From Myxococcota bacterium (GTDB lineage: Bacteria; Myxococcota_A; UBA796; CAJQPC01), in the NCBI GenBank assembly GCA_036229005.1, contig JAZAMN010000036.1:38616-102615 (forward strand): a stretch of 64,000 nt of DNA, in the 5' to 3' direction. The translations under genes and the position numbers were made by a program. Shown one piece after another: positions 9,105 to 18,196 of the stretch. How positions within the stretch are numbered: the first letter of the stretch is position 1; every line of letters starts with the position of its first letter. The notes under the pieces are model-generated. The model was not told where the DNA came from. It searched no databases and saw only the letters and a list, made by a program, of their open reading frames with translations.

Positions 9105-12070
9105 GCCTCTGCCCCGGCTGTCAGGCCCCCGCCGCCCAGTGGGACCGCTACTGCGGCCGCTGCGGCACCCCCTTGGCCCGCTTGCGCTGGCAGCTCGCCG
9201 ATCAGCAGCGCGAGCTGGGGGAGGACGGTCGCGTCGCGGTTCGCCGGGGCAGCCACGCCCTGCGCCTGTCCGTCGCCAATGAGGGCAGCGTCCCCGCCGG
9301 GCTGGTGCTCCCCGCCGAGGCCCTCGCCGAGCTGCCCCCCTGGATCGACCGCGCGCGCCTGGAGCGCCTGCAGGAGCGAGCGATCACCCTGGAGCCCGGA
9401 CAGGAGCAGGAGCTGGCGATCCCCTTCGCCACCGCCGAGCTCGAGCGCGTGTTCGCCGACCGCGGTCAGCAGGGCGCGCCGCTCTCCGCCCGCCTCCAGC
9501 TCCTCACCACCCTCTGCCAGCTCAGCGAGGGCGGCTGGTCCCCCCGGCCGCTCCACCTCTCGCTCGTCGTCGCGCGCGAGCCCTGGTTCTCCCCCGCCGG
9601 CAGCCACTACCGCTTCCTGCCCAGCGAGCGCCTGGCCGAAGGCCTGCACCACGAGCTCACCCTCCACAACGAGTCCGCCGAGGAGGTCGAGATCCTGGGC
9701 TTCTCCCTGGAGGACCTCCCCGACGCGCCCCCGAGCTGGGCCCAGGACGCCGCCCGCCTGGACGCCGCCCAGATCCTGGAGGGCCTGCCCAGCGCCGAGC
9801 ACACCCTGCTGGCCCCCGGCGAGCAGCGGGTCATCCGCCTGAGCTTCGCGAACCCCGCGCTCAAGGGGCTGGGCTGGTTCTCCCTGCGCCTGAGCTGCCG
9901 CTACCGCCACCGCAGCGCCGGGCAGGTCTTCGCCGTGGTCCAGGGGGTCGTGGGCGCCGCACCTCGCTTGACCTGTGATGCCCCTGAGCCGCTCGGACAC
10001 CCCAGCGTCGAGAGGGATGAGGTCCACACGCTCGTCCTCCGCAATCCCGGCGACCTCCCCCTCAAGATCACCGGCGTGGAGCTGCTCCGCGGTGACGCTG
10101 TGGCCCCCGCCCGGGATTGGCTGCGGGTGGAGGGCCTCGCGCCCGGTGAGATTCTGCCTCCCGGCGGCGAGCGCGCCCTGCACTACACCCTCAGCGTCGC
10201 GGACCGCCCCGAAGACGAGTTCGACCAGGCCTGGTCCAGCCGGCGCCTGCGCATCCACCACGACGGCGCGGGGGCGCGGGTCCTGGAGCGCAGCGTGGAC
10301 GCCCAGCTCGGCGTGGTGCAGGTCCCCACCGGCGTCTTCATGGGCGTGGACTTCGGCACCTCCAACTCCATGGTCGTGCTCCTGCGGCCGGACACCCGGG
10401 CGAACGTCGCCCTCAAGCTCGAGGGCGAGAGCGAGCAGCTCCCCAGCCTGATGTACTTCCTGGGCAGCAGCCCCTCCGGGCGCAGCCAGGGCTTCCTGTT
10501 CGGGCGCGAGGCCGACGCCCACGCCGAGCTCAACCCCGCCAACCTCGTGCGCTCGATCAAGTCGGTCATCAGCCGCTCGCCGGACACCTGGTACCACTTC
10601 CTGGAGCGCTCCCCCGAGGGCGCCTGGCGCCGCCGCTCCTACCGCCCCCAGGAGCTGCTCGACCGCTTCATCATCGAGCTGCGCCGCCGCGCCGAGCGGG
10701 CTGTGTCCGGGCTCTCCATGCAGCAGCTCCGGGCGCTGCGGATCGGCCCCAAGGTGCGCTTCCGCCAGGCCATCTTCTCCCACCCGGTCGAGGTCGACGC
10801 CGCCATGAAGGAGGCGCTGATGAAGGCGGCCCACGCGGCGGGGCTCAACCTCCAGCTCCAGAGCGCGGAGGACTTCATCGAGGAGCGCTGCGTCGACGAG
10901 GCCACCTCGGCGGCGCTCGCCTACGTGTACGCGCGCCTGGACCCGGGCTCGCGGGTGGGCGTGGAGCACGAGCTGGGCAACCGGGAGCGCGTGATCTGCG
11001 TGGACATCGGCGGCGGCACCACCGACGTGGCCGCCGTGGAGATCCTGGACCTCGCCGACTTCTGGGACCAGGCCGTCGAGCAGGTGCGGGTCGAGCTCCA
11101 CAGCACCGCCGGGGACCCCCTCTGGGGCGGCGACGATCTGGACCTGCTGCTGGCCGGCTGGATGCTCGAGGAGATCCGCGAGCAGAGCGCGCGCCAGGGG
11201 GCCGCCATCCTGGACCAGGAGATCCTGCACGCCGCCGGCTTCCGCAGCTTCGGCGAGTACTTCAACGGCTTCCGCGCCCGGCAGGTCGTCCGCGGCAGCG
11301 AGGCCCTCGGGCAGGCCCAGGCCTTCTACAACAAGGCGGTCGAGGTGCTCCGCAAGGCCGAGGCCGCCAAGCGACGCCTCTCCGAGCTGGACCGGGTCGA
11401 GGTGCGCCTCTCCGACCGCGACTGGCCCCGCAGCGGCGAGCAGCCGGAGCAGGAGGCGGAGTTCCGCGTGGTGCTGGAGCGGCAGCGCCTGGAGCGCCAG
11501 GTCCGGGAGGACGCGCGGGCTCGGATCCCCCTCTTGGAGCGGGTCGTTGGCGCCGCGCAGTGGGAGTGGCCCACCGTCTCCACCGTGCTGTTCACCGGGC
11601 AGGGCAGCCGGGTCCCGTCCATCCGCGAGGAGCTGGTGCAGCACGTCCAGCAGCAGCGCGCGGGTAGCCCCGACAAGCTGCTGGTGGTGCAGCCGGACGA
11701 CCGGAGCGGCTTCGACCCCAAGCGCTGCGTGGGCATGGGCGCCGCCATCTGGGGCACCCGGGAAGACGGCGAGTGGATCTCGGTGCGGCGCCGCATGCGC
11801 TTCGAGCTCACCCACGACCTCCAGACCCGCTGGGGGCCCTTCCACTTCCGCACCGTGCCCGGGCTGGAGCGGGGGCAGAGCCTGCCCGCCCAGGCCACCG
11901 TCGACTTCCGCAAGCCCCGCCAGACCCTGGAGCTGTTCCGGGACGGAGCGCTGTACATGAGCTTCACCTTCCCCGAAGCGGTGGACGCCATCGAGCTGCA
12001 GGTGCGCGGTCCCGGCGACATCCTGGCCGTCGCGGGCGCGCTCCAGATCCCCGGCGAGGTGCTCTCGTGA
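9101..12070 (+). CDS. Atypical Hsp70-family ATPase with N-terminal zinc ribbon and Ig-like beta-sandwich domains
   Basis: N-terminal CPGC...CGRCG; Hsp70 NBD motifs GVDFGTSNS, VDEATSAALAY, VDIGGGTTDV, WGGDDLD, AEAAKRRLS, LFTGQGSRVP and CVGMGAAI. Confidence 0.85.
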   Translation: MSLCPGCQAPAAQWDRYCGRCGTPLARLRWQLADQQRELGEDGRVAVRRGSHALRLSVANEGSVPAGLVLPAEALAELPPWIDRARLERLQERAITLEPGQEQELAIPFATAELERVFADRGQQGAPLSARLQLLTTLCQLSEGGWSPRPLHLSLVVAREPWFSPAGSHYRFLPSERLAEGLHHELTLHNESAEEVEILGFSLEDLPDAPPSWAQDAARLDAAQILEGLPSAEHTLLAPGEQRVIRLSFANPALKGLGWFSLRLSCRYRHRSAGQVFAVVQGVVGAAPRLTCDAPEPLGHPSVERDEVHTLVLRNPGDLPLKITGVELLRGDAVAPARDWLRVEGLAPGEILPPGGERALHYTLSVADRPEDEFDQAWSSRRLRIHHDGAGARVLERSVDAQLGVVQVPTGVFMGVDFGTSNSMVVLLRPDTRANVALKLEGESEQLPSLMYFLGSSPSGRSQGFLFGREADAHAELNPANLVRSIKSVISRSPDTWYHFLERSPEGAWRRRSYRPQELLDRFIIELRRRAERAVSGLSMQQLRALRIGPKVRFRQAIFSHPVEVDAAMKEALMKAAHAAGLNLQLQSAEDFIEERCVDEATSAALAYVYARLDPGSRVGVEHELGNRERVICVDIGGGTTDVAAVEILDLADFWDQAVEQVRVELHSTAGDPLWGGDDLDLLLAGWMLEEIREQSARQGAAILDQEILHAAGFRSFGEYFNGFRARQVVRGSEALGQAQAFYNKAVEVLRKAEAAKRRLSELDRVEVRLSDRDWPRSGEQPEQEAEFRVVLERQRLERQVREDARARIPLLERVVGAAQWEWPTVSTVLFTGQGSRVPSIREELVQHVQQQRAGSPDKLLVVQPDDRSGFDPKRCVGMGAAIWGTREDGEWISVRRRMRFELTHDLQTRWGPFHFRTVPGLERGQSLPAQATVDFRKPRQTLELFRDGALYMSFTFPEAVDAIELQVRGPGDILAVAGALQIPGEVLS

Positions 12071-13641
12071 GCTTCTCCTGGGATCCCGACAACCGCCGCT
12101 TCGTCACGGTCACGCGCTGCCCCTGGCCCGGCTGCGGAGCCCCCGCCGAGCCCTTCCACCAGGGCGGTCTGCAGGGCTGGTGTCCTCGCTGCGAGCGGCC
12201 CTATGCGACCAGCCTGGAGCCACCATCCCAGGGCGGTGCACCCGTCGAGTGGAGCCTGTGCCCGACCAGCCTCTTCCACACCTTCACGGGGCGGCGCCTG
12301 GAGGGCTACAGCCCGGTGGACTGGCCCGAGGCCAGCGGAGGCCCCGAGCGCAGCGGCTGCGCGGATGACCCCCGGGGCAGCGTCTTCGGGGCGCCCAATC
12401 CCCTGCACGGTTGGGGCCTGGAGGAGGCCTGGACCCTCCCCAGCATCGCGCCCCAGGAGCAGAACAGGGTGGGGGACGCCGTCGCCGCCGTGGCCGTGAT
12501 GCGCGGGCGGGTGCTGGCCGTGAGCGCCCGTGGCCGCATGTCGCTGGTGGAGCCCTTCACCGGCGAGCTCCTCAGCCAGCGCCCCATCGACTGGCCGGGC
12601 TTCCCGACGCCGGATGCCGACCACCCCGTCGCCTTCACGCCCGTGGTCCGAGGCAGCCGGGTCGTCCTCGCCAGCGCACTCCAGCTCCTCTTCCGGGACC
12701 TCGCATCGCAGCTCGGTGCCGGCCCCAACCAGGGCACAGAGAGCTGGCGGGTGGTGGGCCCAGAGAGTCCGGAGCGCCGCTTCGTCGGTCCTCCCCTGGG
12801 CCTGGACACGCCCGAGGGCCCCAAGGTCGCCGTCCTCGAGGCCGACGCCGAGTCCCGCCAGGGCCTCGCCAACCCCGTGCTGCGCTTCTTCACCCTGGAC
12901 GGCCAGGAGCTCACCCAGTGCCCGGTGCAGGGCATCGTGCGGCCCCCGGTGTTCGATCGCCGCTCCCAGCAGCTCCTCTGGCTGGACGCCGCTGGCTTCC
13001 TGCACCGCCTCCCCGCCGACGACCTCAGCCTCCCGCTCCCGGCGCTCCCCACCGACCCGCTGCTCCCCCTGAGCCCCAGCCTGCACCCCACCTTCGCGCT
13101 GGCCGAGAACGCCCGCGGGGACACCGAACTCTGGGTGGGGCGCGTCGACCGCCAGGGCGTCCTGGAGCTCTGCCGCTGTGACCTCCAGGAGGCCGAGAGC
13201 CGCGGGGAGCTCCGCTGGGTGCGCCGCAAGGTCGGCGTTCGCGGAGCACTGTTGGCCCTCTCGGTGGGGCGCGGTCCGCACCATCGCCAGAACCTCGCTG
13301 GACAGCTCCTGGCCGTCAGCACGGACCAGGGCGTCTTCTCCTTCCCCAAGGATCTCATCGACGCCATGGAGCACGGCGCGGCCCGGGGGCACGAGACCGC
13401 CGATCTGCGCGGGAGCTGGGATGCGCCGGTCATCTGCTCCGCGGGGGTGCTCGCGCGCGTCCAGGGGCGCGTTCAGCTTCTGGAGCAGGGCCTCCCGTGG
13501 GGGAGGAGTCAGCGGCCATCCGTCGCGCTCCCGGTGCGCTACCCTCGGCCCCAGGGCCTGGCGCTCTACGGCCGGCTGCTCATCATGGGCGTCTCCATGG
13601 GGCTGCAGGCGCTGCGCATCGTGCCGGAGGGAAGACCGTGA
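12067..13641 (+). CDS. Zinc-ribbon plus probable beta-propeller (PQQ-like) protein
   Basis: GTGA overlap at 12067; CPWPGC...CPRC; ASGGPERSG resembles the PQQ-propeller start motif; repeated short beta strands. Confidence 0.65.
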   Translation: MSFSWDPDNRRFVTVTRCPWPGCGAPAEPFHQGGLQGWCPRCERPYATSLEPPSQGGAPVEWSLCPTSLFHTFTGRRLEGYSPVDWPEASGGPERSGCADDPRGSVFGAPNPLHGWGLEEAWTLPSIAPQEQNRVGDAVAAVAVMRGRVLAVSARGRMSLVEPFTGELLSQRPIDWPGFPTPDADHPVAFTPVVRGSRVVLASALQLLFRDLASQLGAGPNQGTESWRVVGPESPERRFVGPPLGLDTPEGPKVAVLEADAESRQGLANPVLRFFTLDGQELTQCPVQGIVRPPVFDRRSQQLLWLDAAGFLHRLPADDLSLPLPALPTDPLLPLSPSLHPTFALAENARGDTELWVGRVDRQGVLELCRCDLQEAESRGELRWVRRKVGVRGALLALSVGRGPHHRQNLAGQLLAVSTDQGVFSFPKDLIDAMEHGAARGHETADLRGSWDAPVICSAGVLARVQGRVQLLEQGLPWGRSQRPSVALPVRYPRPQGLALYGRLLIMGVSMGLQALRIVPEGRP

Positions 13642-15563
13642 TCGCACTCGCACTGGCTCTGGGCTGCGCGCTCGAGGGCGCCGGAGATCCCTTCCCTGAC
13701 GACCCCGCCATGCTCCCGGACGAGGTCGCGAGCTGCGTGGCCGGCGAGCTCCCCGAGCGGGGCCTCCAGGACAGCCAGCGCAGCGTGGATCGCAGCGCAG
13801 GAGGGCGCTTGAGTGGGCCCGCCCCGGAGATCGGCAGCGCCGGAATCCCCACCGTGGTCGCCCTGGACTACTCCGGGTCCATGTTCGGCGGCTACGAGCG
13901 CGACCAGCCCAGCACCGGGACCTGCGGTTGGAGCCGCTCCTCGCGCGGCGGCCGCTCACCCAACGGGGACTTCTACTGGTCCACCCCCGGCTTCAAGGGC
14001 CTGCTGGAGGGCGGCGTGCTCTCCGGGATCCAGCCCCAGGACCCGACCTGGGCCATGCTCTTCAACGCAGCGCCCATGGTCTTGGATGGGGAGGGCGGCG
14101 CCGTGGTGTGGGACCAGGGTTGGCCCACCACACCCCCCTCGGCCCACGACAACCTCGACACCCTGCTCACCGGCGAGGACATCGGTGGCAGCCTGCCTGA
14201 CGCCCCCTGGGAGGCCCGCTTCGGGCCGCGCCGCATGTGGGACTCCTCGCAGATGGCGCGCACCCTCGACGCCAGCGCGGAGCTGTTCCAGGGGCAGGAG
14301 CGGGGGGACGGCATCCTGTGGATCGTCACCGACAACATCATCGACACCGGGGACGGCGCGCAGGCCGATGAGGCCTCCCACAACCGGGCCTTCTACGAGA
14401 AGCTGGCCGCCGATCCGCGCTGGCAGGTGGTCTACGCCTGGCCGGTCTCCCAGGGCGACTGGCTCTGCGGCAGCACCCTGCTGGTCTATGGGCTCTACTT
14501 CTCGCCCCACGAGCGCCTGGACCCCGCGGCCTACGCGCGCCTGCACAGCGGCAGCCAGGCCCGGCTCTCGCGGCCCGAGCAGGTCCAGGCCTTCGCCAAG
14601 GTCGCCAGCGCCCGCTCTCCCGCGCCCGGTCAGCCCTTCAAGCTCAAGCCCGACGACCTGGACCTCGTGGAGCCCGAGTTCGTCGGGACGGTCGACTGCG
14701 GCGGCGCAAAGGCCACCGGCCTCGCGCGCACCTGCACGGCCCAGATCTCCCTGGACAACCAGCTCCAGCACCGCCGCGTGGAGGCCGCCACCCTGAGCCT
14801 TCAGGGCCAGCGCCTGGACGCCTGGGATCGCAGCCAGAGCCCGCCCGTCTCCGTGGTCACCGCAGTTCCCCTCGCCAGCGGCACCCTCAGCGCGCAGACC
14901 AGCCTGGAGGCCCCCATCGAGCCCCACCAGGAGGCCGTGCTGCAGGTCGCGCTCCAGGTCCCCCCCATCGAGACCCAGATGCACACCCTCCGGGACCGCT
15001 GGGAGTCCGCGCAGCACCCCCGCTTCGGCATGGTCGGGCTGGTGGACATGGAGCTCACGGGGCTGCGCACCGCCATGGCCATCGACCCCGCGCAGCTCGG
15101 CGAAGTCTACGGCGTCCAGTCCCTGCCCCAGGTCTTTGAGAACCCCAACACCGACCAGCTCTCGCGCACCGTCTGCGTGATGATGACCGTCGACAACCCC
15201 AGCTACTTCTCCAGCATCGTGCTGCTCGTGCTGCTCGGCGGTGGGGGGCTCGGTCTCGTGGTCGGCACCTGGCTGCTCAAGCCCACCTGGCGGCATGTCG
15301 TGGTGGACGGCGTCGCGCAGGGGCAGATCCGCCTGTCCCGCCTGCTCCCCCAGAGCATTCAGGTGGACGGAAAGGCGGTCGCGAAGGCGCGCCTGGACGC
15401 AGCCGGTCGCATCAAGCTGCGGGCCATCAAGCCCTACCGGGTCACCCCTCGCGGCGGCGCCTGGGAGCTGCGCCAACGCGACGAGGAGTTCGACGTGCGG
15501 CGCAAGCTGGAGCTGCGCGCTCGGGGCGCCAAGACCCGGGCTCGGCGCGGCAACGACTTCTAG
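13638..15563 (+). CDS. Exported vWA-domain protein with C-terminal TM helix and basic cytoplasmic tail
   Basis: GTGA overlap at 13638; short lipobox-like signal MIALALALGC; MIDAS VVALDYSGSM and LWIVTD; TM SIVLLVLLGGGGLGLVVGTWLL. Confidence 0.75.
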   Translation: MIALALALGCALEGAGDPFPDDPAMLPDEVASCVAGELPERGLQDSQRSVDRSAGGRLSGPAPEIGSAGIPTVVALDYSGSMFGGYERDQPSTGTCGWSRSSRGGRSPNGDFYWSTPGFKGLLEGGVLSGIQPQDPTWAMLFNAAPMVLDGEGGAVVWDQGWPTTPPSAHDNLDTLLTGEDIGGSLPDAPWEARFGPRRMWDSSQMARTLDASAELFQGQERGDGILWIVTDNIIDTGDGAQADEASHNRAFYEKLAADPRWQVVYAWPVSQGDWLCGSTLLVYGLYFSPHERLDPAAYARLHSGSQARLSRPEQVQAFAKVASARSPAPGQPFKLKPDDLDLVEPEFVGTVDCGGAKATGLARTCTAQISLDNQLQHRRVEAATLSLQGQRLDAWDRSQSPPVSVVTAVPLASGTLSAQTSLEAPIEPHQEAVLQVALQVPPIETQMHTLRDRWESAQHPRFGMVGLVDMELTGLRTAMAIDPAQLGEVYGVQSLPQVFENPNTDQLSRTVCVMMTVDNPSYFSSIVLLVLLGGGGLGLVVGTWLLKPTWRHVVVDGVAQGQIRLSRLLPQSIQVDGKAVAKARLDAAGRIKLRAIKPYRVTPRGGAWELRQRDEEFDVRRKLELRARGAKTRARRGNDF

Positions 15564-15629
15564 GATTTCAGAGGATTTCAGCCCTCAAGACGAAGCGATC
15601 CAAACCCGAAAAGGTGGGAGGAGGTCGCC

Positions 15630-17156
15630 TTGTCAAACCCTCAGGCTCTGGAAGCGCTCGACCCCGGCAAGCTGCCTGGAGCCCAAGCCACCCTGGCCGC
15701 GATCGCCCGTGAGGCGGGAGATCCGGAACTGTCCATCAACCGGCTCGCGCGCCTGGTTGCCCTGGAGCCCGGTCTCACGGTCGAGCTGCTCGAGGCCGCC
15801 AACCGCAGCGTGACCAAGCAGGGCTGTGTGAAGACGCCGCAGCAGGCCATCAGCCGGCTGGGATTCCGCTTTGTACGGAACCGGGCGGTTGCCCGGGTTG
15901 TGCGTTCGGCGAGCGCGGAGCTGGACACCGGCGGACTGGATGTACGTCGGCACTGGGAGGACTCGCTCAGGCGCGCCCTCGCAGCCCGGGTGCTCGCCGA
16001 GCGACTGGGCCACCGGGACCCCGAGGAGGTCTTCACCGCCGGCCTGCTCCAGGAGGTCGGGACCCTGTTGCTGGCCGCCCACGACCCCGCCCGAGGTGAG
16101 GATCTGGAGCGCGTCGCCCATGAGCCCTCCGAGACCCGCATGCGCGTGGAGCGCGAGCTCTTCGGCCTCACCCACGACGAGGTCATCCAGGTGGTCGGCG
16201 AGGCCTGGAACCTCCCGCCGGACATCCTCGCTCCGATCCGTCACCATCACGAGCCCAAGTCCTCGGAGCTGGGGCGGGAGGCTGCTCGGACCGCCACCTT
16301 GTTGGCCGCTGCGGATCGCATCGCCGACCTCTTCGTGACCCGCGGCGATGAGCGCGTTGTCCACCGCTGTCGCCAGGCCCTGGAGCAACTCCAGGGGCGG
16401 GGAGGCGTGGAGCTCGCCCAGGTGGTCCAGAGCGTCCAGAAGGGGCTCCCCAAGATCGCGAGCGAGCTCGGGATCGAGGTGGGGAGGCAGGCCTCCGTCG
16501 CCGAGGTGCTCACCGCCGCGACCTCCTCGCTGGTGCAGATCACCCAGGGCTACGAGAACCTCATCCAGCAGCTCGAGGAGGCCCTGCGCGAGAAGCAGGA
16601 GCTCGCCCGCCTGCTGGAGCGGAAGAACCACGAGCTGGAGGCCCTCGCGGCCACCGACCCGCTCACAGGGGCGGCCAATCGGCGCCGCTTCACCTCCCTC
16701 GCCCAGCGCGCCCTCAAGCAGCACTGCGCCGAGGGACGCCCGCTGACCCTGCTCATCTTCGACCTGGACCACTTCAAGAAGGTCAACGACCAGCACGGGC
16801 ACCCCGCTGGCGACGCGGTCCTCGTCGAGGTCGTGCGCCGACTCAGCCTCTCCCTGCGCGCGGACGACACCATCGCCCGTCTGGGCGGAGAGGAGTTCGC
16901 GGCCCTGCTCCCCGACACCGACGAAGAGGGAGGGCGGTTGGCCGCAGAGCGCTGTCGCAGGCGCATCGCCGAGAGCCCCATCGATGCGGGGGAGACCTCG
17001 CTGTCGGTCACCTGCAGCATCGGGGGCGCTACGCGGACGGGCCTGGGCTCCCTGGAGGGCCTGCTCTCCGAGGCCGACCGGGCCCTGTACCACTCCAAGA
17101 GCTCCGGCCGGGACCGAGTGACCTGGTTCGGGGAGCGCGCGAAGGAAGCCGGCTGA
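15630..17156 (+). CDS. HDOD-domain diguanylate cyclase
   Basis: HDOD motifs (EPGLTVELLEAAN, AGLLQEVG, WNLP, IRHHH), a coiled coil, and GGDEF domain motifs DPLTG, DLDHFKKVNDQHGHPAGD, RADD I-site, LGGEEF. Confidence 0.92.
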   Translation: MSNPQALEALDPGKLPGAQATLAAIAREAGDPELSINRLARLVALEPGLTVELLEAANRSVTKQGCVKTPQQAISRLGFRFVRNRAVARVVRSASAELDTGGLDVRRHWEDSLRRALAARVLAERLGHRDPEEVFTAGLLQEVGTLLLAAHDPARGEDLERVAHEPSETRMRVERELFGLTHDEVIQVVGEAWNLPPDILAPIRHHHEPKSSELGREAARTATLLAAADRIADLFVTRGDERVVHRCRQALEQLQGRGGVELAQVVQSVQKGLPKIASELGIEVGRQASVAEVLTAATSSLVQITQGYENLIQQLEEALREKQELARLLERKNHELEALAATDPLTGAANRRRFTSLAQRALKQHCAEGRPLTLLIFDLDHFKKVNDQHGHPAGDAVLVEVVRRLSLSLRADDTIARLGGEEFAALLPDTDEEGGRLAAERCRRRIAESPIDAGETSLSVTCSIGGATRTGLGSLEGLLSEADRALYHSKSSGRDRVTWFGERAKEAG

Positions 17157-17196
17157 ACGCCGCGGGGGGTAGGCTCTGGGCTCGCCAGGAGTCTGC

Positions 17197-17949
17197 GTGG
17201 CTGAGCACGTCATCATCACAGGGGCCTCGACTGGGATCGGTGCCGCGCTGGCGCGTGAGCTGGCCAACCGGGGCTATGCGGTGGGCCTGATTGCCCGTAG
17301 CGAGGACAAGCTCGCTTCCCTGGCGCAAGAGCTTGGGGCGCGGGGGGCCTCGGTCGCCTTCGCGAGCGCCGACGTCCGGGACCGGGAGGCCGTCTTCCAG
17401 GCCGTGGCTCGGCTGGAGGATGCCCTGGGGCCCGTCGACCGCCTGGTGGCCAACGCGGGCATCGGGGGCGCTCTGCGTCCGGAGAAGGGGTGGGACCACG
17501 TAGAGGTGCGTCGCACATTCGAGGTCAACCTCTTTGGGGCTGCGCACGCCGCCGAGGCTGCCTTGGAGGGCATGCGGGAGCGCAAGCGAGGACAGCTCGT
17601 GCTCATCTCCAGCGTGGCCGCCACGCGGGGGCTCCCGGGGACCGGCCCCTACAGCGCCAGCAAGGCCGCTGCGAGCACCCTGTGGGAGTCCATGCGGCCC
17701 TCGCTGCGCAAGATCGGCGTGGACTGCCTGACGGTGCACCCAGGCTTTGTGCGCACGCCGCTCACGGACAAGAACAGCTTCAAGATGCCCTTCATCCTGG
17801 AGCCGGAGGACGCCGCGCGGCGCATCGTCCGAGCCATGGAGGCCCGCCGACGCTTCTTGACCTTCCCGCTGCCGATGGTGGTGCTGCAGTGGCTGATGAA
17901 GCGCCTGCCCAACTGGCTCTTCGACGCGCTGATGGGCGGGGCTGGCTGA
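17197..17949 (+). CDS. Short-chain dehydrogenase/reductase
   Basis: TGASTGIG, NAG, YSASK, PGFVRT. Confidence 0.93.
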   Translation: MAEHVIITGASTGIGAALARELANRGYAVGLIARSEDKLASLAQELGARGASVAFASADVRDREAVFQAVARLEDALGPVDRLVANAGIGGALRPEKGWDHVEVRRTFEVNLFGAAHAAEAALEGMRERKRGQLVLISSVAATRGLPGTGPYSASKAAASTLWESMRPSLRKIGVDCLTVHPGFVRTPLTDKNSFKMPFILEPEDAARRIVRAMEARRRFLTFPLPMVVLQWLMKRLPNWLFDALMGGAG

Positions 17950-17950
17950 G

Positions 17951-18026
17951 TCAGGGGCCCAGCATCAGGGGGGCCCAGCATCAGGGGGGGCCAGCTTCAG
18001 TGGGACCAGCGTCAGGGGGACCAGAG
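17951..18026. repeat. Five tandem degenerate 14-16 bp repeats (TCAGGGGG(G)-CCAG)
   Basis: Units start at 17951, 17965, 17981, 17997 and 18012. Confidence 0.75.
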
Positions 18027-18027
18027 T

Positions 18028-18058
18028 GAAAAACCCCGCCCAGGTGGGCGGGGTCTTT
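18028..18058. terminator. Intrinsic terminator, probably bidirectional, between the SDR gene and tRNA-Trp
   Basis: AAAAACCCCGCCCA-GG-TGGGCGGGGTCTTT hairpin with A and T tracts. Confidence 0.75.
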
Positions 18059-18059
18059 A

Positions 18060-18135
18060 TGGCAGGGGCACTAGGACTTGAACCCAGGACCTGCTGATTT
18101 GGAATCAGCTGCTCTACCAACTGAGCTATACCCCT
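18060..18135 (-). tRNA. trnW: tRNA-Trp (CCA)
   Basis: Reverse complement AGGGGTATAGCTCAGTTGGTAGAGCA GCTGA-TTCCAAA-TCAGC ...GGTTCAAGTCC...TGCCCCTGCCA. Confidence 0.95.
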
Positions 18136-18196
18136 CCAGCGCCTTCGCTTCTATGGTCGGGCGGGTTCCCCGTCAAGGCTTTGGGGCGGAAATCGC

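Noticed and set aside
9029..11845. 938-aa minus-strand ORF and similar long ORFs (21751-23667, 28809-31364, 31298-33949, 43453-46143, most of 52572-55718)
   Set aside because: Antisense shadows of well-supported genes on the opposite strand
18060..18135. tRNA-Trp, and the other tRNAs, as integration sites of a genomic island
   Set aside because: No integrase and no duplicated tRNA 3' fragment noticed in the window
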